From a bacterium (lineage in GTDB: Bacteria > Zhuqueibacterota > Zhuqueibacteria > Residuimicrobiales > Krinioviventaceae): DNA of 64,000 nt. Below, piece by piece: positions 47,044 through 57,926 of this stretch. The stretch covers positions 4,480,001 through 4,544,000 of the forward strand of contig OY843751.1 of NCBI GenBank assembly GCA_963693055.1, in the 5' to 3' direction. The stretch's first letter is position 1. Each line of letters starts with the position of its first letter. A program made the translations under genes and the position numbers. A model generated the notes under the pieces. It did no database searches, was not told the DNA's origin, and saw nothing but the letters and a program-made list of their open reading frames with translations.

Positions 47044-49086
47044 TTATAATTGAATCAATTTAATTATTGATTGCGAATCTACATCGTGAATCGTTAAGCC
47101 CTGTTCAGCTTCCGAAATACTAATTTTATCAGATGGGGCAATAACAGATACAAACTTGACAGGCAAATCAGAACCGGTAGTGATCTGCATAGCAGCAGAC
47201 TCGTGATTCGAACCATAATATAAAGATTCAAATCCTGCGGGCTCTTTTAAAGATCCGGTCAATATTGAGTATTTCGCCTGAACCGATGTTTTTGTGTATA
47301 ACAACAAGTTACTTTCACCCACTTTTAAATTAGCAAAATTTGAGTTAAATTCAAAATTATTAACGCCAAACTGCCAATTTAATTGTAAATCATGGTAACC
47401 TGTTCCGGTTAAATGATCGGTAACAATCCATAAATCTAAATCTTTATAAAATTCTACACTTCTCCTGTGAACAATATTGCCGCCCAAACGCCTGTAACCA
47501 TAATGTTCGCCCGCAAAGAATACACGGTTGCCCCGTTCAATATATTCTACTTTACCGGTTTGAATCCAGTCAAACCAGATAAAACGGGGACCAGCAGTCA
47601 TTTGATCCAGATTGTCCACAGATATGGTATTATGCGCATTGGTTCCGGAGAAAAAATGCTCAAGTGAACCCGAATTGTTGTACAGATACGAGCCCGAATC
47701 TCTAAATACATTAATTCCTCTAAACCAGATATCAAGATGTAAAGCGTCAGCATGACTTGGACGCGTTTTATAATGATGACAACGCAACAAGCCGTGACTT
47801 GAAGCGCCACGGAATGAGAAATATCCACCCGCAGGAAAAGCGAAATTGCCCTGTGGCTTTTGTGCAGCATCTACAGATACAGCTTGCTCACCAAAAAACC
47901 AGACCAAATCTTCATCCCAGGGACCTTCTGTATACAACTTTTTACTCGTCAGCAAGTAATGCGCTGCTTGTATCACAGGACGATAATCGAGATAATCACA
48001 AGAATTCAAAGGCATGATAACTGCGCCATCATTGGGCCCGTAATTGGGGACCCGCCCTGTTTCAATATCCTGGAACTGATACAGAAAATCTGTGGCTTTT
48101 TCCACTTGCCGAAGCAATGCGTCGCTGAACCGGTCATGGTTTAATTGAGCAATTCGTATTGCCCAGATCATAGTCTGAAGCATTAAACGATGATAATTCA
48201 TGGAATGTTGAATATATGCGCCATCTGCAAAAATTTGCTTTAATGCAATACGTTCAAAAATACGCTTACCTTTTCGCTTCCAGATTTTTGCGCGCTTAAA
48301 CTGCGGAAAAATCAAACCCACAGTATAAATACCCATAGACTCGGTCAATGCATGGTTCGTACGTGTAGAGATAGCATATTGAATATTCTTTTCAACTCGT
48401 TCAGCATGGGTGCCTATGGCTTTGAGTAATTTTTCCAAATTCTCATCCGTACTTGCAGGATGTTCAAAAAACGCAAAAAATGCAAAACACAGGGCCATCA
48501 TACGAATTGATGTTTCCTGTCCGCAATAATAATGAATACCCTGATTCGGGGGATTCGCCTCATACCAGTCTGTAAAAAGCTCCCAAAATTTTTCAACATA
48601 TTTACTGTCACCCGTTGCCGCAAATGCCCGTACCAGTTCATAAGTCCATGCAAAACGAGAGGCTTCCCACACATATTTTATGTCGCCAAATTCAGGGTCC
48701 AGATCCTGTATGGCAGTCCAATGCACATTGGGATTCGCCCGTTTTCCGGTTAATGGATTTAAAAACCAATCCGGTTTTTCTCCCATATCCATTTCATGTT
48801 TAAAGAAATAGAGAAATCGGTTTTGTAAAACTTTATCCGCACGTTCTAACATTTTATAACCATGTACGCTGGGCACCTGGCCTTTTTCAAAAAAGAATTT
48901 ACCAATACTCGCATAAAAAGATTGAACATCCCTTGCAATCAGATCAACTAATCCAAAGCTGTTCCAGGGGCGGATCTTGAATTTCTTTTTCTGTAATCCG
49001 GTTTTCCTCTCCAACGCGTAATAAACCCGAAATACAAGAAAAGGAATACCGTAATATTTTATTATCTGTGATAGATTTTTTAGCAT
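47044..49086 (-). CDS. Heparinase II/III-family protein (polysaccharide-locus type)
   Basis: DIKYVWEASR, NHALTE, DGAYIQHSMNYHR, GPNDG, SHADALH, AHNTISVD. Confidence 0.85.
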   Translation of the reverse strand: MLKNLSQIIKYYGIPFLVFRVYYALERKTGLQKKKFKIRPWNSFGLVDLIARDVQSFYASIGKFFFEKGQVPSVHGYKMLERADKVLQNRFLYFFKHEMDMGEKPDWFLNPLTGKRANPNVHWTAIQDLDPEFGDIKYVWEASRFAWTYELVRAFAATGDSKYVEKFWELFTDWYEANPPNQGIHYYCGQETSIRMMALCFAFFAFFEHPASTDENLEKLLKAIGTHAERVEKNIQYAISTRTNHALTESMGIYTVGLIFPQFKRAKIWKRKGKRIFERIALKQIFADGAYIQHSMNYHRLMLQTMIWAIRIAQLNHDRFSDALLRQVEKATDFLYQFQDIETGRVPNYGPNDGAVIMPLNSCDYLDYRPVIQAAHYLLTSKKLYTEGPWDEDLVWFFGEQAVSVDAAQKPQGNFAFPAGGYFSFRGASSHGLLRCHHYKTRPSHADALHLDIWFRGINVFRDSGSYLYNNSGSLEHFFSGTNAHNTISVDNLDQMTAGPRFIWFDWIQTGKVEYIERGNRVFFAGEHYGYRRLGGNIVHRRSVEFYKDLDLWIVTDHLTGTGYHDLQLNWQFGVNNFEFNSNFANLKVGESNLLLYTKTSVQAKYSILTGSLKEPAGFESLYYGSNHESAAMQITTGSDLPVKFVSVIAPSDKISISEAEQGLTIHDVDSQSIIKLIQL

Positions 49087-49087
49087 A

Positions 49088-50245
49088 TTATTTTAACAAT
49101 TTAGTATAAAATTCTCTCAAGTTCTGTTCACAAATGCCCCAATTGTATTTCTCAATAAATGCACGCTGTCCATATTCAGCCATTGAGCGGGTCAATTCTT
49201 CATCATCTACAATTTTTAAAATAGCATCAACATATGCTTTTATATCATCTGCCGGAACAACCAGACCCACGTTTTCATCTTTAACAAACTGATAACTTGA
49301 CGGCATATCAGATGCAACAATGGGAACTCCTTGCGACATGTACTCAAAAAACTTTGTAGGCACATGAGACGGCAGCACATATTCTCCATGGTGCTGCAAT
49401 AAACTAAGACCAACGCCGCCTTTGCGTACAAATCCCGGTAGTTCCTGACCGGTCATATGCGGCACAAATTCAATCACCTCTTTATATTCAGGTTTTACCA
49501 GTTTTTCATTCATGGCATCTTCATGGTACTGAGACCAAAATCTTTTGGTGACTAAAACCTTCATTTCAGGACGTCTTTGCTTCAATTCACGCGCTACATC
49601 CAACAAAACCAGTGATCCACGTACAGGACTCAGAGTTCCGGTATGGATTACCGTATTTTTGCGTTCTTTAAGCAATTCTTCAGTCACCGGTTCAGGATTA
49701 AAATCTTCAAGTGACGCAAAGTTGGGAGTCCATACAGCCGGGCATCCTAAACGTGAAAATCGTTTAACGTGTTCCATATACACCGCAGAAACAGACCCGC
49801 AAACAACACCGGTAAATGTTTCTGCCAGCCAAACCATACCCGCTACCAACCAGCGAAGCGGTTTAAAATCCGGAAATTTCAATGGAATTTGACGTGTGTA
49901 AAATTCGTGAATATCATAAACCACGGGCCGCCCGCTTATAATTCGAAGCCAGGGTGCAAATATCAACAAATCCGGATCATGAAAATGATACACATCCGCT
50001 TTTTGCTGATACGCAAGCCGTGTGATCCGGTAAAGGGTTTTAATACGTTGTTTTAAACCTTTCCAGCGCTCATAGCCAATGACTTTAACACCTTCCTGTT
50101 CATAACTGCCGGTTTCCGATACTGCTATTAATGTAACATCCATGCCGAGATTTACCAATGAACGACAGTGCCGGTTAAACACACGTACGTCTCGTGATCG
50201 ATGGATGGTAAAAACACAAATTTTTTTGTTTAATTTTTCACCCAT
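49088..50245 (-). CDS. Glycosyltransferase family 4
   Basis: DVYHFHDPDL, VYDIHE, PTKFFEYM. Confidence 0.88.
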   Translation of the reverse strand: MGEKLNKKICVFTIHRSRDVRVFNRHCRSLVNLGMDVTLIAVSETGSYEQEGVKVIGYERWKGLKQRIKTLYRITRLAYQQKADVYHFHDPDLLIFAPWLRIISGRPVVYDIHEFYTRQIPLKFPDFKPLRWLVAGMVWLAETFTGVVCGSVSAVYMEHVKRFSRLGCPAVWTPNFASLEDFNPEPVTEELLKERKNTVIHTGTLSPVRGSLVLLDVARELKQRRPEMKVLVTKRFWSQYHEDAMNEKLVKPEYKEVIEFVPHMTGQELPGFVRKGGVGLSLLQHHGEYVLPSHVPTKFFEYMSQGVPIVASDMPSSYQFVKDENVGLVVPADDIKAYVDAILKIVDDEELTRSMAEYGQRAFIEKYNWGICEQNLREFYTKLLK

Positions 50246-50266
50246 AACTATCCAATTATTCTTATA

Positions 50267-51463
50267 TTAATTTATCAATTTTATAAAATGGCCAATAATT
50301 TTTTTAGCTGTGGTAGCCACACCAAAACGTTCTTCCGCCCTTTCCCTGGCCGCACCTGACATCTCTTGACGTTTTAAATCATTACATAATACATTATTTA
50401 ACGCTTTTGATAATGCGTCAACATCACGCGGTTGAACCAATACTGAACCGTTACAGTCTCCAATAGCTTCCGGTAAGCCGCCTACCTCTGTTGCAACTAT
50501 AGGTAAACCGCATGCCATGGCTTCCATAACCGCATTCGGCATTCCCTCATGATAGCTAGGTAAAACAAACACATCACATGCTTTCATCCATTTATGGACC
50601 TGATCATGTAAAACCGGCCCCATCATTCGGATTCTTTCACCTAATTGATGATCATTAATATATTGAACCATGCCCTGTTTTGCAGCGCCACTGCCGCAAA
50701 CACGCAATTCCAGATCCTCCAGATCATCACTCACTTTGTGAAATGCTTTTAATAATTCAAAAACGCCCTTGTCACTTTTTAAATTACTAAGATATAAAAC
50801 AATCTTTTTATTAAAAGGTAAGCCTAATTCTTTACGAATTTCTTCCTTATCTTTTACCGGTTTAAAAAGCTCCAGATCAACCACACCATAAACAGTTAAT
50901 ACCGGTTTACTGCTTATCTTTGCAAGCTTGTCTGCAATTCCCTGTCCGTTTGCCATTACACCATCCAGACGATCTACAACGGAAGTAAAATGATTATATA
51001 TGGTTTTAGAGTAATTGGGAATTATATTCACATCCCGCCCAATTGCTTCACAAACAACGGGCAATTTCAAATCTTTGGCCAATCGAACAGCCGCATCACC
51101 ATCCGGAAAAAAACTGCGTGCATAGATAATATCAAACTTTTTCTCACGATGTAATTTATATGCCATTTTTTTAAGCGCCCAATAAACAGCAAGTCCATTC
51201 CACCTGTAATACCAGTTCCCGGTAATTCTCAAATACGGTACCGCAAAAGCATCAATACCTTCATACTTACAAACAGGCACATTATTTTCCATGCCCTGCC
51301 ATCTATTGATTTTATTCAAAAACGGGGGCACCCATACAGTGGGTACAATTACTGTAATTTCTTCACCCTGACGGGCCATCTCCCGTACCTGACGGGCCAT
51401 CCATATCCCATAATTGGGATTATTTTCATTAGGATACAAGTGAGAAATGGTCAGTATCTTCAT
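50267..51463 (-). CDS. Glycosyltransferase family 4 (TuaC-like)
   Basis: SHLYP; FVLPSYHEGMPNAVMEAMACG. Confidence 0.9.
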   Translation of the reverse strand: MKILTISHLYPNENNPNYGIWMARQVREMARQGEEITVIVPTVWVPPFLNKINRWQGMENNVPVCKYEGIDAFAVPYLRITGNWYYRWNGLAVYWALKKMAYKLHREKKFDIIYARSFFPDGDAAVRLAKDLKLPVVCEAIGRDVNIIPNYSKTIYNHFTSVVDRLDGVMANGQGIADKLAKISSKPVLTVYGVVDLELFKPVKDKEEIRKELGLPFNKKIVLYLSNLKSDKGVFELLKAFHKVSDDLEDLELRVCGSGAAKQGMVQYINDHQLGERIRMMGPVLHDQVHKWMKACDVFVLPSYHEGMPNAVMEAMACGLPIVATEVGGLPEAIGDCNGSVLVQPRDVDALSKALNNVLCNDLKRQEMSGAARERAEERFGVATTAKKIIGHFIKLIN

Positions 51464-52827
51464 GTATCGCTTCCGGCTTTTTTCACATTCTCTGTTTGTT
51501 GTTTTTCTTCAGTTTCCAGTAAATCTACATTGCCCGCCACCAATGCCAACCCCAGGGCATACCAGTACCCTTTGGTAACAATAGCGGTCATTGTCAGTCC
51601 AATGAATAGAGAATACATCATCATTGTCATTGAAAGCCACTTTAACTGTGGATGTTCAATAGTTAATATTTTCATAAATAGAAAAAAGTATATTAAAAGC
51701 CATAATATTGCGCCAACAACACCCAACTCTCCCGCAATTGAAACAAGATCATTATGAGCAGCACGAACACCTTTATGTTCTGGAAACATTTCCTGAAAAT
51801 TCTTGTACCCCCAGCCAAATATGGGGCGTTTGGAAAGCAATTCAAGACCCGCTTTCCATTGTTCAGAGCGTCCGCCCAAATCTCCATCGCTTTGAGTACC
51901 ACGCAACCTGGCTTTTGCCTGGTCAGATAATACATCCGTTGTTAAAGCAATTGTCAAGACAGATATACCAAGCAGGGTAACCAGAACAATACTTACCACA
52001 CTTTTAACAAGATATTTCCCTTTTGCAGCAAATAGAAATCCCATTACCGGAGCAAGAACAAATGAAGCCAGAGCCGTTCGATTCTGCGTTTTTAAAATAC
52101 CGTATAAAAGTATTGGACCAAAAACAAGAAATCCTAAAACGGCAAACCGTTCTTTTTCATTAAACAAGTAAAAAGCAGACAGGAATCCAAGGAGTAGAGA
52201 ATTACCCAACACTACCGGATTTGTACCTTCAGAAAGTACTACACGTCCCATTGCCTCTCCACCGGCTGAATAACCAACCTGGCCAAAAATAATCATAAAG
52301 GCGCTGGTAATAGAACCAAGAAACACAGCCCACAAAACGAAACGCAAGTTACGCTCATCCCGAATAGTATTAATCAGAATAATAATCAAAATCACATTCA
52401 ATATTAATGCTACAATACCATTATAGGTTGCCTGCTGTACATGTGCCCACAAAAAACTCATCAGTGCAAACCAGGTGAAAATCAGTATAGGAATCATCTC
52501 GCGTGGAATAACCACTTTTAAACGAAACTTGTTAATGACATAACTCGCCACCACTAGCAATCCAATTGCACGGCTTCCGGCGCCAATTTTTGAAAGTTCA
52601 AAAGCCCCTTCAATAGGGAAAAAGAACAACAGCGCCATAATTGCTATAGGAGTATGGTACATACTGGTTGCACCCACCACAATGCCTACCACAATTGCCG
52701 CATGAATTTTACTACCCGAAATAAAATAAATTGCCGCCCCAACAATGGCAGCAATTACAATCAGGATCATGGATCTTTTGGTTTTTTTTAATTCTTTTAA
52801 ATTTTGCTTTATTGTATCCATACTCAA
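51460..52827 (-). CDS. O-antigen ligase/Wzy-type polymerase
   Basis: Many transmembrane segments; TQNRTA, PIFGWGY, AHNDLV..AGELGVVG. Confidence 0.8.
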   Translation of the reverse strand: MSMDTIKQNLKELKKTKRSMILIVIAAIVGAAIYFISGSKIHAAIVVGIVVGATSMYHTPIAIMALLFFFPIEGAFELSKIGAGSRAIGLLVVASYVINKFRLKVVIPREMIPILIFTWFALMSFLWAHVQQATYNGIVALILNVILIIILINTIRDERNLRFVLWAVFLGSITSAFMIIFGQVGYSAGGEAMGRVVLSEGTNPVVLGNSLLLGFLSAFYLFNEKERFAVLGFLVFGPILLYGILKTQNRTALASFVLAPVMGFLFAAKGKYLVKSVVSIVLVTLLGISVLTIALTTDVLSDQAKARLRGTQSDGDLGGRSEQWKAGLELLSKRPIFGWGYKNFQEMFPEHKGVRAAHNDLVSIAGELGVVGAILWLLIYFFLFMKILTIEHPQLKWLSMTMMMYSLFIGLTMTAIVTKGYWYALGLALVAGNVDLLETEEKQQTENVKKAGSDT

Positions 52828-54302
52828 GATTTTAACAAGGGCTCCAGTTTAATCCAGCGCAATACCAGTTCTTTATCGCTTTCATCAAGCAATTTAAACC
52901 GGAATGATAAATACAAAAATAATGTGCCACCAATTGCCATTACAATACTAAAATGGATTAATGGCTGATGTATAAACAATGCAAAAAGTTTTCCTATGCC
53001 AAATGCAATAATAGAAACCAGCAATAACTTCCACACAGCATCAAGAACAAACGCCTGACGCAGTGTAAAGGGTAAATCCCGGTTTATATATTTTAAAGAT
53101 ACCGCAACTTGAGTTATTCTTCCAGCCAGCACACCTATTGCGGGTCCCATTAACCCCAAGGGATAAATCAATACCCACCCAACACCCAAGCCTACAATCA
53201 GTGCCGCCAAGGATGAATAAATAACATATTGAGTTTTACCTGTAATTTTAAACAATGATTGTGTATCACATATTCTAAGCGGTAATAATAAAAGCATTAC
53301 AATAAAAATATACCAGGCACTGCCATACGTATCACCGTACAGAATTGTTAAAAATTCTTTTGAAACAAATGTTAGAAAAACAAACAAAGGTATTGAAACA
53401 ATGGCTACCTTGTGGGCAGTTTTTACCCATAAATTAATTATACCCTGAATATTCCCTCCTTGCATATATTGAATACATACAGGTATCAATACAAGCGCAA
53501 TTTGCGAAGAAAGCTTGGCCAATACAGGCAATTCTGTACTGGCGACTGAAAACAAGGCAAAGTCTTCCGGGGTAAAAAAGGTAGAAACCAACAACCTGTG
53601 TATCTGGGTATAAAACACATAGGTTGCAAAACTGATCCAATACGGTATTGAAAATCCAAACTGACCTTTGAGCAACTCCCAATTAAATGAGGGATGAATA
53701 CCAATAACCTTGATAAACACATACATGTTGTAAAAAAACAAAATCACATTGGCAAGGGTCAATATCTGAATAGCAAACAAAAATGTGGAACCCATTAGCA
53801 ATGGAACCGCAATGGCAAGAACCACAAAAATGGATTGAAAAAAAGAAATAATGCTGTTCAATTTTGCCTTGCCCACCGTAATCAAAGATGTATGGAACAA
53901 TGCGCCAAACATTTGAAATGCCGGAAAAACCGCGGTATACACCAAATATTTTTCCAGTTCCGGGTTATTGAAAGCATTAGCTACATATTTTCGGGTAAAA
54001 AACAAAGTTAAAAAGGCCAACAAGCCCAAAAACGTATACAATACATTGGTTTGAAAAACAAATTGCTTTTTTTCCTTGTCATTCAAACTGGCAAGATAAT
54101 ATGACGCACTCTCTGCAATACTGAGATAAAAAATAATATAAAAAATATAAGACAGCATGATAATTTGACGAAAACTTCCAAAATCATGCTGTGTTAAAAT
54201 TCTCGCCAAAATCATTCCTTGAATGATTGACGTACCCTGAGTCAGGGCATTACCAATCACAAGGAATATGGATTGGTCCTTCAAACTGGTTTTTTCTGCC
54301 AT
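52824..54302 (-). CDS. wzx: Wzx-type oligosaccharide flippase
   Basis: Multi-TM MOP pattern: ILARILTQHDFG, ILYGDTY, LGLMGPAIG. Confidence 0.82.
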   Translation of the reverse strand: MAEKTSLKDQSIFLVIGNALTQGTSIIQGMILARILTQHDFGSFRQIIMLSYIFYIIFYLSIAESASYYLASLNDKEKKQFVFQTNVLYTFLGLLAFLTLFFTRKYVANAFNNPELEKYLVYTAVFPAFQMFGALFHTSLITVGKAKLNSIISFFQSIFVVLAIAVPLLMGSTFLFAIQILTLANVILFFYNMYVFIKVIGIHPSFNWELLKGQFGFSIPYWISFATYVFYTQIHRLLVSTFFTPEDFALFSVASTELPVLAKLSSQIALVLIPVCIQYMQGGNIQGIINLWVKTAHKVAIVSIPLFVFLTFVSKEFLTILYGDTYGSAWYIFIVMLLLLPLRICDTQSLFKITGKTQYVIYSSLAALIVGLGVGWVLIYPLGLMGPAIGVLAGRITQVAVSLKYINRDLPFTLRQAFVLDAVWKLLLVSIIAFGIGKLFALFIHQPLIHFSIVMAIGGTLFLYLSFRFKLLDESDKELVLRWIKLEPLLKS

Positions 54303-54385
54303 CTAGTAGTACTACCTGTCCCTAAATATTAATATAATATAAAAACATTGAGCATAATCTTGGCTGCAATAAATCAGCCACGGAT

Positions 54386-55471
54386 TCAAGTTTCTGAATT
54401 TGAATTCAAAGGTGCTCGGTAAGCCGGGAAAAAAGATTCATTATATAAATCACTTTTAATCTCTATATCACGATTATTGCATAATTCAATGTATTTTTCT
54501 TTATCTATTACCCATTTCCACACATTGAAATCATGTCTGATTTTTGAAAAACCAGATTTAAATTCAAACAATGAATCTTTTTGAGCTCCAACACCACCCC
54601 CCAGATGAAATGTCTTGAATTTATTTTCTGCGGCCCACAACCTTACAGTATCTTTTTCCAATTTCCTCGGAGCGATGTCACGGTATTTTGAAAACATTCC
54701 ACCAAGATAAGATTGCACAATACCGTTACATTCAATATATATACCACCACAAATTACTTTACCCTCTAGCAAACAGATAAATAAATACACATTTGCTTCC
54801 AGTTTGCTTACCAGATTTTCAAAATGCTCTCTGGTAAAATAATAATAATCTGTAGCATTCACACGGTTCATAGTTTCATAATAAAGTGCTAAAAAATCAT
54901 CAAGATATTTATATTCTGTATCTATAATACATTCAGCACCCAAACGACGAAGTTTATTTACACCGCTCTTGTGTCCTTTAGAATATTGACTTCTCTGTTC
55001 ATCAACCGGTAAAGATAAATCTATGGATATGGTAATGCCAATATTAGAAATGCTGCCAGCGTTATCAATTATAAAATTTTGAGGTATAAATGGATGTAGA
55101 CGTGAAAAAACAGTAATAACACCCATATTTTTCAGTTCGACTTTTAAGCTTTGCTGGAAATCATCAATTATCTCATGGGGTATGGAAGAATGTGAGGACA
55201 CAGGTCCGGCATAACCATACACAGATGATGCATCATAAAATCCATTGGCGCCACTCAATTCATCAACACTTTTTAATGATCGAATCATCAAAGGCAATGC
55301 AATATGATAGCCGTCTTTTTCATAACTGAATAAAATAGCTTTACCTTCACCACCCTCTTCAGCTATCTTGTGATAGCTGGGAAGATGATAAAAATCGTAA
55401 AGCTGCATTTTAGCCAGATGCTTGTTCCATTCCTCAGCATTATCGGTATAAATCTTTTGAATTTGGTACAT
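54386..55471 (-). CDS. GNAT/FemAB-like acyl- or aminoacyl-transferase
   Basis: DFYHLPSY, SVYGYAGP, FSRLHP, YYETMNRVNA..YYYF, FHLGGG...LFEFKSGF. Confidence 0.8.
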   Translation of the reverse strand: MYQIQKIYTDNAEEWNKHLAKMQLYDFYHLPSYHKIAEEGGEGKAILFSYEKDGYHIALPLMIRSLKSVDELSGANGFYDASSVYGYAGPVSSHSSIPHEIIDDFQQSLKVELKNMGVITVFSRLHPFIPQNFIIDNAGSISNIGITISIDLSLPVDEQRSQYSKGHKSGVNKLRRLGAECIIDTEYKYLDDFLALYYETMNRVNATDYYYFTREHFENLVSKLEANVYLFICLLEGKVICGGIYIECNGIVQSYLGGMFSKYRDIAPRKLEKDTVRLWAAENKFKTFHLGGGVGAQKDSLFEFKSGFSKIRHDFNVWKWVIDKEKYIELCNNRDIEIKSDLYNESFFPAYRAPLNSNSET

Positions 55472-55486
55472 ATAGTTATTAATTAC

Positions 55487-57310
55487 CTATTTTATATACA
55501 ATAATGATCTGGTCTGAACTGATTCATCAAATTCTAGTACAGCAAAAAACGTACCGCTTGACACAGTTTTGCCAAACACATTTGTGCCATCCCACTGACT
55601 GCTATAAAAGCCAGCAGCCTGCGTTTCTTTTACCAACTGCTTGACCAATTTTCCATTGATATTAAAAATAGACAAACTGACGCTTCCGTTATGAGGTAAA
55701 TAATAAGACAGAACAGTATTCGAGTTGAATGGATTGGGGTAATTGGGGTGTAAAATAAATTTGTCTGCTAATTTCACATCTGCAGTAAGTACATTTGAAA
55801 AACGGGTATTTCCATTTTTCTCATATAGTTTTAAACGATACTCCAGAGTACCATCTGAATTGACTTGATCGTCAGTATATTCATAGGTTTGCTTTCCCGA
55901 AACAACCTGAATATATTGTATTTTAGTAAAATCACTGTTAATATCTTTACGCTGTAATTCAAAACCCAGATAATTATTTTCTTTTTCAACAGTCCAGCGT
56001 AACGCGGGTTTGGAATCAAACATTTGAATTTCAAACGCTACAGCATCAATGTCTGTTGTTGGATCGTTGATGATCATCAAATTTTCATCCAGTGTACCTA
56101 TGCCCTGCTGTTGACAATGTTCAAGATATTGACGCACAGCACTTTCAGGATCATCTACGTTCATTGCTTCTTTATGAAGGTCATTATTCCTTACAGCCGC
56201 AGGATACAGGATATATTTTGTTGCGTAATAATCCAGAGCTACAGGATCGGAGCTTGCGAACAAGTAACCAGCTTGTTCTGCTTTATCAATATCTTCCCTG
56301 CTGCCCCAACCGATCCATTCTGCAGTGGTAAAATGCATATCAGCCTTGCGTATAGTCCGAATAAATGTACCAATAGCATCACCTAATACACCGGGTATGG
56401 GCCCAACAAGGTTTTCGTTAAATGCAAAAGCATGAAAGTTATAATAGTCATCTACCAGTTTTCCATTTTCAGGATTACTTCCCCAAGACAGGTCAACAAC
56501 ACCCATGTAATTCTTGACTGCACTGGTTGTACCTACATAATAGCTGTGACGACACAAACCGGAAAAAATGATAAATTTCAGAGGTTTATCAGAAAGGTAC
56601 TGACCATTTTCCCATACACCATTTTTCAAATCTATAGTAAGACCGCTATATGTAGACTTGAAAACAGGATAGGTCATAATCGTTTCGCGATAATCATCAG
56701 CATTTTCTGCATTATTGGAAACGACATTATCTTCTTCAAAGACATACCCTTCTCCATCTTCAGGGCCATAAATACGCTGACCGCCGTCTTCATAAGAATC
56801 ATTCCAGATAAAGCGGGAAACATTATCATGGCCTTCCGCCTGAATCAATGCTAACAGGTCATTAAGATTTTTAACAACAGGAATGTTGGAATTGATTAAA
56901 AACGGCTCTGCCCAGGCACCTTTATCCTGAGCGGGCCACCGGTGGTTATTGTCTCCCAGAATAATTTCACCATTGAACCCTGGTATATCCAGTATTTTAT
57001 CAATAAATGTTTTTATTGAAGCCAGATTACCTGATCCCTGGTTTATGCGTTGAGCATTGGTTTTAATAACAACAACATCATTGGGTCCAATAAAATTTTC
57101 AATACCACCCATCAGATCAAGGAGATTACTCATATTGTCAGTTGGACCGTTACCATTTGTCATATATATACGAGAATACTCGTCCTCGACAGGTTTTGCC
57201 CAGGTGCGAGTGCCAGCCATTGATGCCGCAATCAAAGCTCCGGCGCCCTGGCCTGTATTTTTTATAAATCTTCGTCTAGAAATATTCTTTTTCATAGTTC
57301 CCATAACCAT
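55487..57310 (-). CDS. DUF362-family protein with Tat signal and C-terminal FlgD-Ig/T9SS-type CTD
   Basis: SRRRFIK; MGGIENFIGPNDVVVIKTN; TSAVKNYMG; ASSDPVALD; NYPNPFNSNT..VSSGTFF. Confidence 0.75.
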   Translation of the reverse strand: MVMGTMKKNISRRRFIKNTGQGAGALIAASMAGTRTWAKPVEDEYSRIYMTNGNGPTDNMSNLLDLMGGIENFIGPNDVVVIKTNAQRINQGSGNLASIKTFIDKILDIPGFNGEIILGDNNHRWPAQDKGAWAEPFLINSNIPVVKNLNDLLALIQAEGHDNVSRFIWNDSYEDGGQRIYGPEDGEGYVFEEDNVVSNNAENADDYRETIMTYPVFKSTYSGLTIDLKNGVWENGQYLSDKPLKFIIFSGLCRHSYYVGTTSAVKNYMGVVDLSWGSNPENGKLVDDYYNFHAFAFNENLVGPIPGVLGDAIGTFIRTIRKADMHFTTAEWIGWGSREDIDKAEQAGYLFASSDPVALDYYATKYILYPAAVRNNDLHKEAMNVDDPESAVRQYLEHCQQQGIGTLDENLMIINDPTTDIDAVAFEIQMFDSKPALRWTVEKENNYLGFELQRKDINSDFTKIQYIQVVSGKQTYEYTDDQVNSDGTLEYRLKLYEKNGNTRFSNVLTADVKLADKFILHPNYPNPFNSNTVLSYYLPHNGSVSLSIFNINGKLVKQLVKETQAAGFYSSQWDGTNVFGKTVSSGTFFAVLEFDESVQTRSLLYIK

Positions 57311-57327
57311 AACCTTTCGTTCCTGGT

Positions 57328-57912
57328 TTAATAAGAGATCCAGTACCAGATATATTTTATCACTTCCATGATCACAATTTTCAGGCTAGAAGGTTTATAC
57401 CACCACCCTTTTGATTGCAATATACCCTGATCAGGATGCGCTACCAACAGTTGCGTATCCAATCCTTTCAAGGCACGTTTAAATATCATATTTGCTCTAC
57501 TGGTATGGAAATCTGTAGTAACTAGAATCACACGCTTGAATTTATTTCTCTCAATGATCTTGCGAATAGTTTTTGCCTGCTCACCCGTCCCCAAGCCATG
57601 ACGTGCAAGAACATCCAGAACAATTTTATCTCCAGGAACCCCCAGCTCCATTGCTTTCTCTTTCATATAATTTGCTTGTACTATGCTTTTATCCTGACCA
57701 GGGCATCCTGATACAATCAAAGTATCTGCAAATCCCTGTTGGAATAGATGAGATGCGTGCTCAACACGCTCACCTCGTCCTCCACTAATCACAATGATAG
57801 CATCTGCATTTTCCAAATCAGATTGTGTAACCAGAACATTATCTGCAACCATCACAAAAAACACTGCCAGTACAAAAATCAGTCCTAATATTATATATAT
57901 TTTTTTCTGCAT
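57328..57912 (-). CDS. YdcF/DUF218 (ElyC/SanA-like) protein
   Basis: N-terminal TM; ADAIIVISGG, LVTTDFHTSRA. Confidence 0.85.
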   Translation of the reverse strand: MQKKIYIILGLIFVLAVFFVMVADNVLVTQSDLENADAIIVISGGRGERVEHASHLFQQGFADTLIVSGCPGQDKSIVQANYMKEKAMELGVPGDKIVLDVLARHGLGTGEQAKTIRKIIERNKFKRVILVTTDFHTSRANMIFKRALKGLDTQLLVAHPDQGILQSKGWWYKPSSLKIVIMEVIKYIWYWISY

Positions 57913-57926
57913 AACCTTTCAATCCA

